This document shows, piece after piece, positions 9,263 through 19,422 of a stretch of 64,000 bases of DNA; position 1 is the stretch's first letter, and every line of letters begins with the position of its first letter. The notes under the pieces are model-generated. The model saw nothing but the letters and a program-made list of their open reading frames with translations, was not told the origin of the DNA and made no database searches. Origin of the DNA: Oscillospiraceae bacterium (GTDB lineage: Bacteria > Bacillota > Clostridia > Oscillospirales > Oscillospiraceae); contig CACYXZ010000001.1 of the NCBI GenBank assembly GCA_902778525.1, forward strand, positions 4,522 to 68,521, written 5' to 3'. The translations under genes were made by a program, and so were the position numbers.

Positions 9263-9291
9263 TTGACTTTTGAGCGGAATTGGGATAGTAT
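9263..9291 (+). promoter_or_regulatory. Candidate promoter for gtrA-like/tadA
   Basis: TTGACT, 17 nt, TAGTAT, 27 nt upstream of ATG 9319. Confidence 0.45.
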
Positions 9292-9318
9292 GGGGACAGA
9301 TACAAGGAGTCGGATCTT

Positions 9319-9747
9319 ATGAAGGAATTGATACGCAGACATGAGGAGTTTATCCTGTATGCGCTCTTCGGCGTCGGCACGGTCACGGTGGATATGGGAT
9401 TGTACTGCCTGCTGGTGGACCGGGTCGGGATTCCCTGGGCCAACGCATGGGGATGGCTGGGAGCGGTGCTGTTTGCATTTCTGACCAATAAATACTTTGT
9501 CTTCCACACCGGCCACAGGGGCGCCACGGAGGCGGTCCGGGAATTCTGGGAATTCGTGGCGGTGCGTCTGGTGTCCCTGCTGCTGGAGGTCCAGGGCGTG
9601 GCGTTCCTGGTGAGCCGCGGCGCGGACTATCCTGTGTTTGGAATCACGGGCGGCGTTGCGAAGATCCTCGTCACGATCCTTGTGATCGTCATCAACTACG
9701 TGTGCAGCAAGTTTTTTATCTTTCGAACGGAGCGTGCCGGGGTATGA
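9319..9747 (+). CDS. GtrA-family membrane protein
   Basis: 4-TM, 142 aa; FILYALFGVGTVTVDMGLY...NKYFVFH...NYVCSKFFIFR is typical of GtrA-like proteins. Confidence 0.85.
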   Translation: MKELIRRHEEFILYALFGVGTVTVDMGLYCLLVDRVGIPWANAWGWLGAVLFAFLTNKYFVFHTGHRGATEAVREFWEFVAVRLVSLLLEVQGVAFLVSRGADYPVFGITGGVAKILVTILVIVINYVCSKFFIFRTERAGV

Positions 9748-10247
9748 CGCAGGATGAACGGTTTATGGCGGAGGCCCTGTGGCTGGCGGAAACGGCGGCG
9801 GCGGAGGGCGAAGTGCCCATCGGCTGCGTGGTCGTAAAGGACGACCGGATCGTGGGCCGCGGCCGCAACCGCCGGGAAAAGGGGAAAACCGCTCTGGGCC
9901 ACGCAGAACTGGACGCCATTGCGGAAGCCTGCCGGAACCTTGGCGGATGGAGACTGTGGCAGTGCAGGCTCTATGTGACGCTGGAGCCCTGCCCCATGTG
10001 CGCCGGCGCCATCATCAATGCCCGGATCCCCGTGGTGATCTACGGCACGGAAGATCCCAAGGCGGGATCGGTTGCGTCGAAGGTCCGAATGTTTGACCTG
10101 GGCTTCAACCACAGGCCGGAGGTGATCTCCGGCGTCCTGAAGGAGGAGTGCGCCGCGTTGCTTCAGGCTTTTTTCCGGGATCTCCGGGCGAGGAAGCGGC
10201 TGGAAAACGCCCCCGAAACAGCCGGGAAAAAAGAGCCCGCTGATTGA
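9744..10247 (+). CDS. tadA: tRNA adenosine(34) deaminase
   Basis: HAELDAI and PCPMCAGA zinc motifs; ATGA overlap with the gtrA-like stop (start 9744 MTQDERFM preferred over 9702). Confidence 0.93.
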   Translation: MTQDERFMAEALWLAETAAAEGEVPIGCVVVKDDRIVGRGRNRREKGKTALGHAELDAIAEACRNLGGWRLWQCRLYVTLEPCPMCAGAIINARIPVVIYGTEDPKAGSVASKVRMFDLGFNHRPEVISGVLKEECAALLQAFFRDLRARKRLENAPETAGKKEPAD

Positions 10248-10272
10248 CAAAAGAGCCGCTTCGCGATATGAT
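10244..10272 (+). promoter_or_regulatory. Candidate promoter of the glycan locus
   Basis: TTGACA (10244-10249), 17 nt, TATGAT (10267-10272). Confidence 0.5.
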
Positions 10273-10342
10273 AATATGACTGTAATCATATTGTCCCGGA
10301 AGAAAACCGGACTTCGTTTGCATGCAGGAAAGGAGATATCTC

Positions 10343-11212
10343 ATGAAGGGAATCATTCTTGCGGCCGGAAAGGGTACAAGGCTGTATCCCATCACCCGGC
10401 CGGTCTGTAAGCCGCTGCTGCCGGTCTACGATAAACCCATGATCTACTATCCGCTGAATCTGCTGATGACGGCAGGGATCCGGGATATTCTCGTGATCGT
10501 TCCGCCGGACGACCAGGAGCCGTTTGTGAATCTCCTGGGAGACGGCAGCAAGTACGGCGTCAGTATTGCGTATATCGAACAGAAGGTCCAGCGCGGCATT
10601 GCGGACGCGTTCCTCATCGGCGCGGACTTTATCGGCGGCGATTCGGTGTGCCTGGCCCTTGGAGACAATATCTTCTACGGCCCCGCGTTCCGGCAGAAGC
10701 TCCGGATCGCGATGAAAAACAAGGAGGGTGCCACGATCTTCGGCTACTATGTGGCGGATCCCCGGCCCTTCGGCGTGGTGGAATTCGATCAGAACGGCAA
10801 GGCGATCTCCATCGAGGAGAAGCCGGCGCATCCCAAGTCCAACTACATCGTGCCGGGACTTTACTTCTACGACAACCAGGTGGTGGAAATTGCCCGGCAG
10901 GTTCAGCCCTCGGATCGGGGAGAACTGGAGATCACCTCCGTAAACAACGCCTATCTTGACCGGGGAATGCTGAATGTGGTCCCGCTGGGGGGAGAGTTTT
11001 CCTGGTTTGACGCGGGCAACGCCGACAGCCTCTATGAGGCGGCGGGCGCCATCCGCGCGGCCCAGCGAAGCGGCGTGATGCTGGGCTGCCTGGAGGAAAC
11101 CGCCTTCCGGAACGGATGGATCGGCCGGGAGCAGCTGCTGGCGCTGGCAAAGGATATGGAAAAGACCAGATACGGGCATTATCTGCAGGCTGTGCTGGGG
11201 GATCTGGAATAA
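10343..11212 (+). CDS. rfbA: glucose-1-phosphate thymidylyltransferase
   Basis: MKGIILAAGKGTRLYPITRPVCKPLLPVYDKPMIYYPL; aaggag RBS before ATG 10343. Confidence 0.93.
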   Translation: MKGIILAAGKGTRLYPITRPVCKPLLPVYDKPMIYYPLNLLMTAGIRDILVIVPPDDQEPFVNLLGDGSKYGVSIAYIEQKVQRGIADAFLIGADFIGGDSVCLALGDNIFYGPAFRQKLRIAMKNKEGATIFGYYVADPRPFGVVEFDQNGKAISIEEKPAHPKSNYIVPGLYFYDNQVVEIARQVQPSDRGELEITSVNNAYLDRGMLNVVPLGGEFSWFDAGNADSLYEAAGAIRAAQRSGVMLGCLEETAFRNGWIGREQLLALAKDMEKTRYGHYLQAVLGDLE

Positions 11213-11242
11213 CGGAAGGAACGGAAAAGGGAGAGAAAAGGC

Positions 11243-11866
11243 GTGGGGAAAAAACCGGTCTATGAATGCATAAAGCGAATATTTGACCTGGTGTTCTCGC
11301 TGGTCGCTGCAGTGGTGCTCTCTCCGCTGCTGCTGATCGTCGCTGCGTGCATCGTGGCGGAGGACGGCTTCCCCGTCTTTTACAAGCCCCGGCGGGTGGG
11401 CTACCGCGGGAAACCCGTGGTGGTGTTCAAATTCCGCACCATGAAAAATAACGCGGACCGTCTGGAGGAGACCCTGACGCCGGAACAGCTGGAGGAGTAC
11501 AAGAAAAACTTCAAGCTGGAGAAGGACCCCAGGATCACAAAAGTCGGCGCGTTCCTTCGGAAAACCAGTCTTGACGAGCTTCCCCAGCTGTTCAATATCA
11601 TCTCCGGCAAGCTTTCGCTGGTCGGTCCCCGGCCCGTGCTCCAGGAGGAGACGGAGCTCTACGGAGAGGACCGGGAGCTGCTCCTGTCCTGCAAGCCCGG
11701 GCTCACCGGCCTTTGGCAGGCCTGCGGCCGCAGCAATGTGACCTATGAGGACGGCGCCCGGCAGGCGCTGGAATTGCGATATGTCCGGGAGCGGGGATTC
11801 CTGCTGGATCTGAAGATCCTGTTCTGGACTGTCGGGGCGGTCGTCCGGATGGACGGGGCGAAATAA
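11243..11866 (+). CDS. small monotopic phosphoglycosyl (sugar) transferase, priming enzyme
   Basis: Bacterial sugar transferase pattern: KRIFDLVFSLVA...KFRTM...DELPQLFNIISGKLSLVGPRP; GTG start. Confidence 0.9.
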   Translation: MGKKPVYECIKRIFDLVFSLVAAVVLSPLLLIVAACIVAEDGFPVFYKPRRVGYRGKPVVVFKFRTMKNNADRLEETLTPEQLEEYKKNFKLEKDPRITKVGAFLRKTSLDELPQLFNIISGKLSLVGPRPVLQEETELYGEDRELLLSCKPGLTGLWQACGRSNVTYEDGARQALELRYVRERGFLLDLKILFWTVGAVVRMDGAK

Positions 11867-11880
11867 TTGGGAGGATGTAA

Positions 11881-12972
11881 ATGAAATACGATTATCTGAT
11901 CGTCGGCGCCGGCTTCTTCGGCGCGGTGTTTGCCCGTGAGGCGACAGCGAAGGGGAAAAAGTGCCTGGTGGTGGACCGGCGGAATCATATCGGCGGCAAC
12001 TGCTATACGGAAACCGTGGAGGGCATCCATGTCCACAAATACGGCGCCCACATTTTCCACACCTCGGATAAAGCGGTGTGGAATTATATCAATCAGTTCA
12101 CGGAGTTCAACAACTTCATCAATACACCGGTGGCGAACTACAAGGGCGAGATTTACAACCTGCCCTTCAATATGAACACCTTCAGCCGGCTCTGGGGCAT
12201 CTCCACCCCGGCGGAGGCAAAGGCCATAATCGAATCGCAGCGCGGTGCGGTCACCGACCCGAAAAATCTGGAAGAGCAGGCCATTTCCCTCGTGGGCAAG
12301 GATATCTACGAGAAGCTGGTCAAGGGCTATACAGAAAAGCAGTGGGGCCGGAGCTGCAGCGAGCTGCCTTCCTTTATCATTCGCCGGCTGCCGGTGCGCT
12401 TCACCTACAACAACAACTACTTCTCCGACCGCTATCAGGGCATCCCTGAGGGCGGCTATACCGCCGTGTTCGAGCGGCTCCTGGAGGGGATCGAGGTCCG
12501 TCTGAACTGCGACTACCTGAAGGACCGGGAGAGCCTCCGGGCCATGGCGGACCGGGTGATTTACACCGGACCCATCGACGAATATTTCGGCTACTGCTAC
12601 GGACCGCTGCAGTTCCGCTCCCTGCGGTTTGAAACGGAGATCCTGGATACGGACAACTATCAGGGCAGCGCCGTGGTGAACTACACCGACCGGGAAACGC
12701 CCTTTACCCGGATCATTGAGCACAAGCACTTTGAATTCGGCGCCCAGCCCAAAACTGTCATTACCCGGGAATACCCGGCGGACTGGAGCCTGGGGGACGA
12801 GCCTTATTACACCGTCAACGACGAGAAGAACAATGCGCTCTACGCCCGCTATGCGGAAAAGGCGGCGGAGGAGCAGGGCGTGTATTTCGGCGGACGGCTG
12901 GGAGAATACAAGTATTATGACATGGACAAGGTCATCGCCTCGGCGTTGGACCTCTGCGGGAAACTGCTGTGA
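11881..12972 (+). CDS. glf: UDP-galactopyranose mutase
   Basis: MKYDYLIVGAGFFGAVFA...NHIGGNCYTE...HIFHT; ~360 aa, typical Glf. Confidence 0.95.
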   Translation: MKYDYLIVGAGFFGAVFAREATAKGKKCLVVDRRNHIGGNCYTETVEGIHVHKYGAHIFHTSDKAVWNYINQFTEFNNFINTPVANYKGEIYNLPFNMNTFSRLWGISTPAEAKAIIESQRGAVTDPKNLEEQAISLVGKDIYEKLVKGYTEKQWGRSCSELPSFIIRRLPVRFTYNNNYFSDRYQGIPEGGYTAVFERLLEGIEVRLNCDYLKDRESLRAMADRVIYTGPIDEYFGYCYGPLQFRSLRFETEILDTDNYQGSAVVNYTDRETPFTRIIEHKHFEFGAQPKTVITREYPADWSLGDEPYYTVNDEKNNALYARYAEKAAEEQGVYFGGRLGEYKYYDMDKVIASALDLCGKLL

Positions 12973-13733
12973 AGATCCGGGTAATCATAGCTGCCCACAA
13001 GGCCTACCGGATGCCGGAGGACCCCATGTATCTGCCGCTTCATGTGGGCAAGGCAGGAAAAAATCTGGATCTGGGGTTTCCCGGGGACAATACCGGGGAG
13101 AATATCTCCGAAAAAAACCCTGCGTTCTGCGAACTGACGGGGATTTACTGGGCCTGGAAGAACCTGGACGCAGACTATGTGGGCCTTGCCCACTACCGCC
13201 GCCACTTCCGGGGGAGACCCGGCCGGGACAAGTGGGACTGCATCCTGACAGGGCAGCAGGCGGAGAAGCTCCTTCGGGAGACGGACGTGCTGCTGCCGAA
13301 GCGCAGGAACTACTATATCGAGACGGTGTACGGCCAGTACGTGCACGCCCATCCGTCGGAGCCGCTGGATCTGGCCCTGCGCCTGGCAGCGGAGCAGGGA
13401 GAAGGCTACGCCGCTGCGGCGGAGCAGCTCAAAAAGCGGAGCTGGACCCATATCTTCAATATGTTCATCATGAAAAAGGAGATCTTCGACGGCTACTGCA
13501 GCTGGTTGTTCCCCATTCTCTTCGAGGTGGAGCGGCAGACCGACACCGCCGCCTTCAGCGACTATGACAAGCGGGTGTACGGGTTCCTCAGTGAGCGGCT
13601 GCTGGACGTATATCTGGAGGCCAACGGCATCTCCTACCGGGAAGTCCCGGTGATGTTCATGGAGAAGCAGAACTGGCTGAAAAAAGGCGGCGCGTTCCTT
13701 AAACGCAAATTCTTTGGAAGCAAAGGGGATTAG
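12969..13733 (+). CDS. DUF4422-family putative glycosyltransferase (commonly partnered with Glf)
   Basis: IAAHKAY...PLHVGKAG...GDNTGENISEKNPAFCELTGIYWAWKN...AHYRRHF; GTGA overlap with glf stop. Confidence 0.85.
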   Translation: MKIRVIIAAHKAYRMPEDPMYLPLHVGKAGKNLDLGFPGDNTGENISEKNPAFCELTGIYWAWKNLDADYVGLAHYRRHFRGRPGRDKWDCILTGQQAEKLLRETDVLLPKRRNYYIETVYGQYVHAHPSEPLDLALRLAAEQGEGYAAAAEQLKKRSWTHIFNMFIMKKEIFDGYCSWLFPILFEVERQTDTAAFSDYDKRVYGFLSERLLDVYLEANGISYREVPVMFMEKQNWLKKGGAFLKRKFFGSKGD

Positions 13734-13736
13734 ACC

Positions 13737-14564
13737 ATGGGAAATACCCTCAGGGATCTGCAGCTTTGTGAGCTGGAGATCGTCCGCAATGTGCTGGAGA
13801 TCTGTGAAAAGCATGACCTTCAGATCTATATGATCGGCGGTACGTTCCTGGGCGCCGTGCGGCATCGGGGCTTCATCCCCTGGGATGACGACGTGGATCT
13901 GGGATTCTCCAGGAAGGACTATGAGACCTTCCTGCGGGTGGCCCCGGAGGAGCTGAAGAGCGGCTATTATCTCCGCCATTATGAGACGGACCCGACAATG
14001 CCCTACTATCCGGCCCAGGTGGTGGATCCCTCCTTTGAGATCCTGGACGTGTCCGCCAAGATCCCCAAGACCCGTTCCGCCTGGATCGACCTGTTCCCGC
14101 TGGACGGCATGCCCGACGGAGCGGTCTCCTATTTCATTCACAAATACCGGCTGCTGTACCTGCGGATGATGCTGAAGTTCAGCCAGTTCGATCAGGTGGT
14201 GGCCGTGAACCTGAAAAACCGGCCCCTCCACGAGAAGATTCTGGTGGCGGTGGGCAAACACCTGCATCTGGAGGGGAAACTCGACACCCTGAAGCGGATG
14301 CGGCTCATCGACCGTTGCCTGAAGAAGTATCCCTTTGAGAACTGCCGCCGGGTGGTGAATTTCATGGGGGCCTACAAGTTCCGGGAGGTCTTTGCCCGGA
14401 GCGTCTATGAGGATGTGACGGATTATCCCTTCGAGGACATCACGCTGCCCGGGCCCCGGGATTACGATCTGGTGAACAGGCAGCTCTACGGGGACTATAT
14501 GACCCCGCCGCCGGTGGAGGAACAGAACAAGCACGGCACCATCACCGGGGAGACGGAACCATGA
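13737..14564 (+). CDS. LicD-family phosphotransferase (phosphocholine/polyol-phosphate transfer to glycan)
   Basis: YMIGGTFLGAVRHRGFIPWDDDVDLGF is the LicD nucleotidyltransferase-fold motif. Confidence 0.88.
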   Translation: MGNTLRDLQLCELEIVRNVLEICEKHDLQIYMIGGTFLGAVRHRGFIPWDDDVDLGFSRKDYETFLRVAPEELKSGYYLRHYETDPTMPYYPAQVVDPSFEILDVSAKIPKTRSAWIDLFPLDGMPDGAVSYFIHKYRLLYLRMMLKFSQFDQVVAVNLKNRPLHEKILVAVGKHLHLEGKLDTLKRMRLIDRCLKKYPFENCRRVVNFMGAYKFREVFARSVYEDVTDYPFEDITLPGPRDYDLVNRQLYGDYMTPPPVEEQNKHGTITGETEP

Positions 14565-15550
14565 AGCGGATCAGCATGATCATTCCCGTGTACAACGCGG
14601 AACCCTACATCCGGGCCATGGTGGAATCCCTGCAGGCCCAGGACTGGGAGAATCTTCAGATCCTGCTCAGCGACGACGGCTCCACGGACGGCTCTGTGGA
14701 TCTGATGACCGCTCTGGCCGAGCAGGATCCCCGGATCACCGTGGTGGTGGGGCCGAATACCGGCGTATCGTCTGCCCGGAACCGGGCCCTCCGGCTGGCG
14801 GACGGGGCGTATATCGGGTTTGCCGACAGTGACGACATCCTTGAGCCCGGATATCTCCATGGCCTGGTTTCTGCGCTGGAGGAATCCGGGACAGATATGG
14901 CCTGCTGCGGGTTTCACAGACACTATGTCCGGTCCGGAAAACAGGACGGCCTGCCCACGGACGGACATGACAGGGAGGTCGTGGACCGGGACGGCATGGC
15001 CCGGCTGATGCTCCGGCCCGACGGTTACACCACCGTCATGTGGAACAAGCTCTTCCGGCGGGAATCGCTGACCCGGCCGGACGGCGGCCTTCTGGAGTTT
15101 GACGAGACCCTTCATATTGTGGAGGATGGAGAGTATATTCTCCGGAGCGGCGTGCAGTCCGCGGTGTTTTTCCCGGACCGGCTGTACCGGTATTATGTCC
15201 GCACCAGCGGCGCCATGTACGGCGCGGTGAACGAACGGAAGCTGACGGAGCCTGCGGCCAGAAAAAAGATCGTGGCGCTGACAGAGGATCTGTCGCCGGA
15301 AACACAGAATCTGGCGAAAATGAAATATCAGAAGGGCATCCGGGATCTGATGTTCCACGCCGTCATCGACGGGGATGCCGCAAAGGTCTGGGACCTGCGG
15401 ACGGAACTGAAAACCTACGCCGGAGAACTGTTCGCGTCGCCGGCGCTTTCCACAAAGGAAAAAATCAAATATCATGTCTATTACCCCATCATTTGCTTGA
15501 ATCTCCGGCATATTGGTGCATTTTTAATGGACAGGCTCAGCGGTCACTGA
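14561..15550 (+). CDS. family 2 glycosyltransferase
   Basis: ISMIIPVYNAEPYI...LLSDDGSTDGS...FADSDD; ATGA overlap with licD stop. Confidence 0.9.
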   Translation: MKRISMIIPVYNAEPYIRAMVESLQAQDWENLQILLSDDGSTDGSVDLMTALAEQDPRITVVVGPNTGVSSARNRALRLADGAYIGFADSDDILEPGYLHGLVSALEESGTDMACCGFHRHYVRSGKQDGLPTDGHDREVVDRDGMARLMLRPDGYTTVMWNKLFRRESLTRPDGGLLEFDETLHIVEDGEYILRSGVQSAVFFPDRLYRYYVRTSGAMYGAVNERKLTEPAARKKIVALTEDLSPETQNLAKMKYQKGIRDLMFHAVIDGDAAKVWDLRTELKTYAGELFASPALSTKEKIKYHVYYPIICLNLRHIGAFLMDRLSGH

Positions 15551-15567
15551 TAATGAAGGAGTAATCC

Positions 15568-16770
15568 ATGGGATCCAAACAACTGCGGCAATGGCTGTAT
15601 TACCTGCTGATAATTCCATACTTTAAGCCTGCCGTGTTTGGCGTGATGGAGGAAACTGCCTGGCTGGAAACGGCGTTCGATCTGTGGCGGCTGGCGGCCG
15701 CTGCGGTGATCTGCGTCCTCTATCTCCGGCAGATGATCCGGTTCCGGCGCAGGCCCTCGTCCGTGCTGATCCTTCTGGCGGTCTATCTGGGATTTGTGGC
15801 AGTTGGTACGCTGGTGCGGGAGGACAACCTGTGGGCGCTCATCAACTATGTGATGACCATCGTGACCTTCTGCATGCTTCTGGAGGTGCGGCTCCGGGAG
15901 GATCCGGCAATGGCGGTGGATATGCTGGTGATGCCTATGACGGTGCTGATCCTGGCGAATTTCGTTCTGGAGTGCATATTCCCCAGGGGACTGACCACCG
16001 GCGGCACCTATGGCTATTCCTACAATCTGCTGGGGATCGACAATATGCTCTCGCCGATGCTGGTGCCGTATATGTTCCTGGTGACGCTGCGGTCCTCCAT
16101 GCTTCATGGACGGGTGAACTGGTTCGCGTATCTCATGATCTTTGTCGCTGCGGAGAGCCTGCTGCTGGTCTGGGCGGCCACGGGAATGATGGGAATGCTG
16201 GTGGCGCTGATCTTCCTGCTGTTTTTCTACGAGCGGAAAGGTCAGTTCCTGTTCAATTTCCTGACGGCTTCTCTGGCCGGGGCGGGACTGTTTTTCTCCA
16301 TCGTCATGTTCCGGCTCCAGAATCTGTTTGAGTTTTTCATCACCGGAGTCCTGCACAAGGGCCTGAGCTTTACGGGCCGCACGGACATCTGGGACCGGGC
16401 GGTCTTCCTGTTTGAGCGCTCTCCCTTCCTGGGATATGGGATCGCCCAGTCCGGCAAGGTCTACCGGTTGGCAAAACACAAATACTATCACGCCCACAAT
16501 GTGTTCCTGGAGATCCTGGTGGAGGGCGGACTGGGTGCGCTGATCGCCTATCTGTTCATGCTGGAGCGGGCGGGGCGGCAGCTGATGATCCACCGGAAGC
16601 ATCCCTACGCCTGCCTGATCTCCGCGGGCCTGATGGCCGTGATGGTCATGACCGCCATGGAGCCGTATCTGGATCAGAACGGACTCCTGATCTATGCCCT
16701 GATTTTCCTGGGCCACTATGTTGGTTCCCTGATCCGGGGGGAGTACGTTCCCCCGCTGGGGGCAAAATAA
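15568..16770 (+). CDS. O-antigen ligase/polymerase-family membrane protein (Wzy-like)
   Basis: ~10 TM helices; HAHNVFLEILVEGGLGALIAYLFML is the Wzy_C-type motif. Confidence 0.8.
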   Translation: MGSKQLRQWLYYLLIIPYFKPAVFGVMEETAWLETAFDLWRLAAAAVICVLYLRQMIRFRRRPSSVLILLAVYLGFVAVGTLVREDNLWALINYVMTIVTFCMLLEVRLREDPAMAVDMLVMPMTVLILANFVLECIFPRGLTTGGTYGYSYNLLGIDNMLSPMLVPYMFLVTLRSSMLHGRVNWFAYLMIFVAAESLLLVWAATGMMGMLVALIFLLFFYERKGQFLFNFLTASLAGAGLFFSIVMFRLQNLFEFFITGVLHKGLSFTGRTDIWDRAVFLFERSPFLGYGIAQSGKVYRLAKHKYYHAHNVFLEILVEGGLGALIAYLFMLERAGRQLMIHRKHPYACLISAGLMAVMVMTAMEPYLDQNGLLIYALIFLGHYVGSLIRGEYVPPLGAK

Positions 16771-16804
16771 CCGGAAAAATAAAATGCGCCGGAGGTGATC
16801 CAGT

Positions 16805-18352
16805 ATGGCGCGTACACAGAATTCCCTTCGTAATATCGGCGCCGCCATGCTGGGACAGATGGGCGGTATCCTGGTCAATCTTCTGGCCCGGGTCTTTTTC
16901 CTGCACTACCTGAACCAGACCTATCTGGGCCTCAACGGTCTGTTTACCAATGTGCTGACCATGCTTTCCCTGGTGGAGCTTGGGGTCGGGCCTGCCATGG
17001 CCTACAGCCTGTATGCGCCCCTGGCCAGGAACGATGTGGAGAAGATCAAAAGCCACATGGCGTTTTACAAGAAAGCGTATATCACCATCGGCCTGATCAT
17101 CGGCGCGCTGGGACTGGCCTTCCTGCCGTTCTATACGGTGTTCATGGACGAGGTGCCGGATATTCCCCATCTGAACGTGATCTATCTGCTGTTTGTGGCC
17201 AATACTGTGGTGTCCTACTTCTATTCCTACAAGCGCAGTCTCATTGTCTGCGATCAGAAGAAGTACATTGAGACCGGGATCCACTACGGGGCGTACTTTG
17301 TCCTGAATCTGGTCCAGATCATATTCCTCGCCCTGACGAAGAATTATGTGGTGTTCCTGGTGCTTCAGGTGATCTCCACCTGGGGCGAGAACTTCATCCT
17401 GGCCCGGAAGGCGGACAAGCTCTATCCCTATCTGCGGGACAAGGACGTCAGGCCCATGGATAAGGACGACCGGAATATCATCTTCCGGAACGTGGCCGCC
17501 ATGAGCATGCACAAGGTGGGGGCCGTGGTGGTGAATTCCACTGACAATATCCTCATCTCCAAGCTCATCGGTCTTGCCACCGCTGGCCTCTACAGCAACT
17601 ACTACACCATCATTCATCCTCTGCAGACGGTGACCAATCAGATCTTTGAATCCATCGTGGCCAGCGTGGGCAATCTGTCCGCCAACACGGATGAGGAGGG
17701 CAGGGAACACCTGCGGGAGACGTTTAACGACGTGTTCTTCTTCGCCTTCTGGATCTACACCTTCTGCGCGGTATGTCTCCTGAACCTGCTGCCGCCGTTC
17801 ATCGAGTTCATCTGGCTGCGGAACCGGGGCTGGCTGCTGGACCGGGGAACGCTGATCGTACTGGTGATCAACTTCTACCTTTACGGCATGCGCCGGCCGG
17901 TGCTGACCTTCCGGGACGCCTCGGGTGCCTTCTGGAACGACCGGTATAAGCCCCTGTTCGAATCCATCATCAATCTGGCGGCGTCGATCCTGCTGGCAAG
18001 ACGCTTCGGGCTGATGGGCATTTTCCTCGGTACGATGGTTTCCACGGTGACCACCTCCCTGTGGGTGGAGCCCTATGTACTCTACAGGAACGTGTTCGAC
18101 GCCCCCCTGCGGGACTATTTCATCCGGTTCGCGAGTCACGCGCTGGTCACCGCCGGGATCTGCTTCCTGAGCGTATGGATCTGCGGACTGGTGGGATACA
18201 GCCTCCTGAGCGTGATCCCCAGGCTCCTGATCTGTCTGGTTCTCCCCAACGGCGTCATGTTCCTGCTGTTCTGCCGCACCTCGGAATTCAAGTATTTCGG
18301 GCGGCTGGGGAAAGAGCTGTTAGGCAAGGTGCAAGACCATGTCGGGAAGTAG
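16805..18352 (+). CDS. oligosaccharide flippase (Wzx / polysaccharide biosynthesis protein family)
   Basis: SLRNIGAAMLGQMGGILVNLLARVFFLHYL...; 515 aa polytopic MOP-superfamily pattern. Confidence 0.85.
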   Translation: MARTQNSLRNIGAAMLGQMGGILVNLLARVFFLHYLNQTYLGLNGLFTNVLTMLSLVELGVGPAMAYSLYAPLARNDVEKIKSHMAFYKKAYITIGLIIGALGLAFLPFYTVFMDEVPDIPHLNVIYLLFVANTVVSYFYSYKRSLIVCDQKKYIETGIHYGAYFVLNLVQIIFLALTKNYVVFLVLQVISTWGENFILARKADKLYPYLRDKDVRPMDKDDRNIIFRNVAAMSMHKVGAVVVNSTDNILISKLIGLATAGLYSNYYTIIHPLQTVTNQIFESIVASVGNLSANTDEEGREHLRETFNDVFFFAFWIYTFCAVCLLNLLPPFIEFIWLRNRGWLLDRGTLIVLVINFYLYGMRRPVLTFRDASGAFWNDRYKPLFESIINLAASILLARRFGLMGIFLGTMVSTVTTSLWVEPYVLYRNVFDAPLRDYFIRFASHALVTAGICFLSVWICGLVGYSLLSVIPRLLICLVLPNGVMFLLFCRTSEFKYFGRLGKELLGKVQDHVGK

Positions 18353-19355
18353 CCGCCGGGAGGCGTGGCTGGACGGCCTGAAGGGGTTCGGGATCCTGCT
18401 TGTGATTCTGGGGCATGTGCTGTCGGGCTATCTGGATGCGTGGACGTTCCCGGAAGCCTATGGGAGCTTTTACCCCGTCCGAACCTGGATCTACAGTTTT
18501 CACATGCCGCTGTTCTTCCTGATCAGCGGCTATACGTTCACGCTGGCCTACTGGAGGGACGGCTCACTGCGGCGGGACCGGTTCTTCCGGCAGCTTGTCA
18601 ATCTGCTCTGGGTCTACGTGCTGTTCGCCCTGATCCAGTGGTGCGTCAAACAGGCGGTGCCGGATCTGGTGAATGAAGCCTATGACCTGCGGGATCTCCG
18701 GAGGATGTTTTTAGAGCCCCTGGGGAACTTCTGGTATGTCTATGTATTGTTCGTGATCTATATTCTTGCCGCGCTGGTCCGGCTGCCGGAGTGGCCCGGG
18801 TGGTGGCTTCTCGCGCCGGCGGCGGTGGCGGTCATGGCTGCGGACCTGCATCTGGACTGGACGCAGCTGACGGTCTACCGGGTCCTGTACCACTTCTTCT
18901 TCTTTGCCCTGGGCTGCTTTCTCAACCGACGGCGGGAACTGATCGGCAGCGCCAAGCTCGCCGGAGTCTCCGCCATGTGCCTGTTCACCGCAGGGTATTT
19001 CTACGTTTACTGGTATGTCCGGTACTGGTACGCAAACTGGAAGCTGGGGATCGCGGTATGCATCTGTTTCCTGCTTCTTTGGCTGTTTTACCGCTTCAGA
19101 ACGCTGGCGGAGAACCGGCTGCTCCAGCTCTGCGGGAAGCACTGCCTGGAGCTGTATCTGCTCCATACGTTCTTCACGGCGGGCTTCCGGAGCCTGCTGC
19201 CGCTGCTGGGGGTCCGCACCCCCTGGTTCAGCGTGTGGCTGAATTTCACGCTCAGCACGGCGCTGTGCCTGCTGCTGGCGTATCTTGCGGGGCGGTTCCG
19301 CTGGACGGACGTCATATTCCGGCCGTCGCGGATCTGGGAACGGATGCGCGGCTGA
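18339..19355 (+). CDS. acyltransferase family 3 membrane protein (O-acetylase)
   Basis: LDGLKGFGILLVILGHV...HMPLFFLISGY; 10-TM; 14-nt overlap with wzx. Confidence 0.85.
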   Translation: MSGSSRREAWLDGLKGFGILLVILGHVLSGYLDAWTFPEAYGSFYPVRTWIYSFHMPLFFLISGYTFTLAYWRDGSLRRDRFFRQLVNLLWVYVLFALIQWCVKQAVPDLVNEAYDLRDLRRMFLEPLGNFWYVYVLFVIYILAALVRLPEWPGWWLLAPAAVAVMAADLHLDWTQLTVYRVLYHFFFFALGCFLNRRRELIGSAKLAGVSAMCLFTAGYFYVYWYVRYWYANWKLGIAVCICFLLLWLFYRFRTLAENRLLQLCGKHCLELYLLHTFFTAGFRSLLPLLGVRTPWFSVWLNFTLSTALCLLLAYLAGRFRWTDVIFRPSRIWERMRG

Positions 19356-19392
19356 TATTATTTGCGGTTTTTCCGTTCAACAGGAATGATAC

Positions 19393-19422
19393 TTGCAATT
19401 CGCATTATCTGAACGGTATAAT
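19393..19422 (+). promoter_or_regulatory. Candidate promoter of beta-helix-like paralogue 1
   Basis: TTGCAA (19393-19398), 18 nt, TATAAT (19417-19422). Confidence 0.45.
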
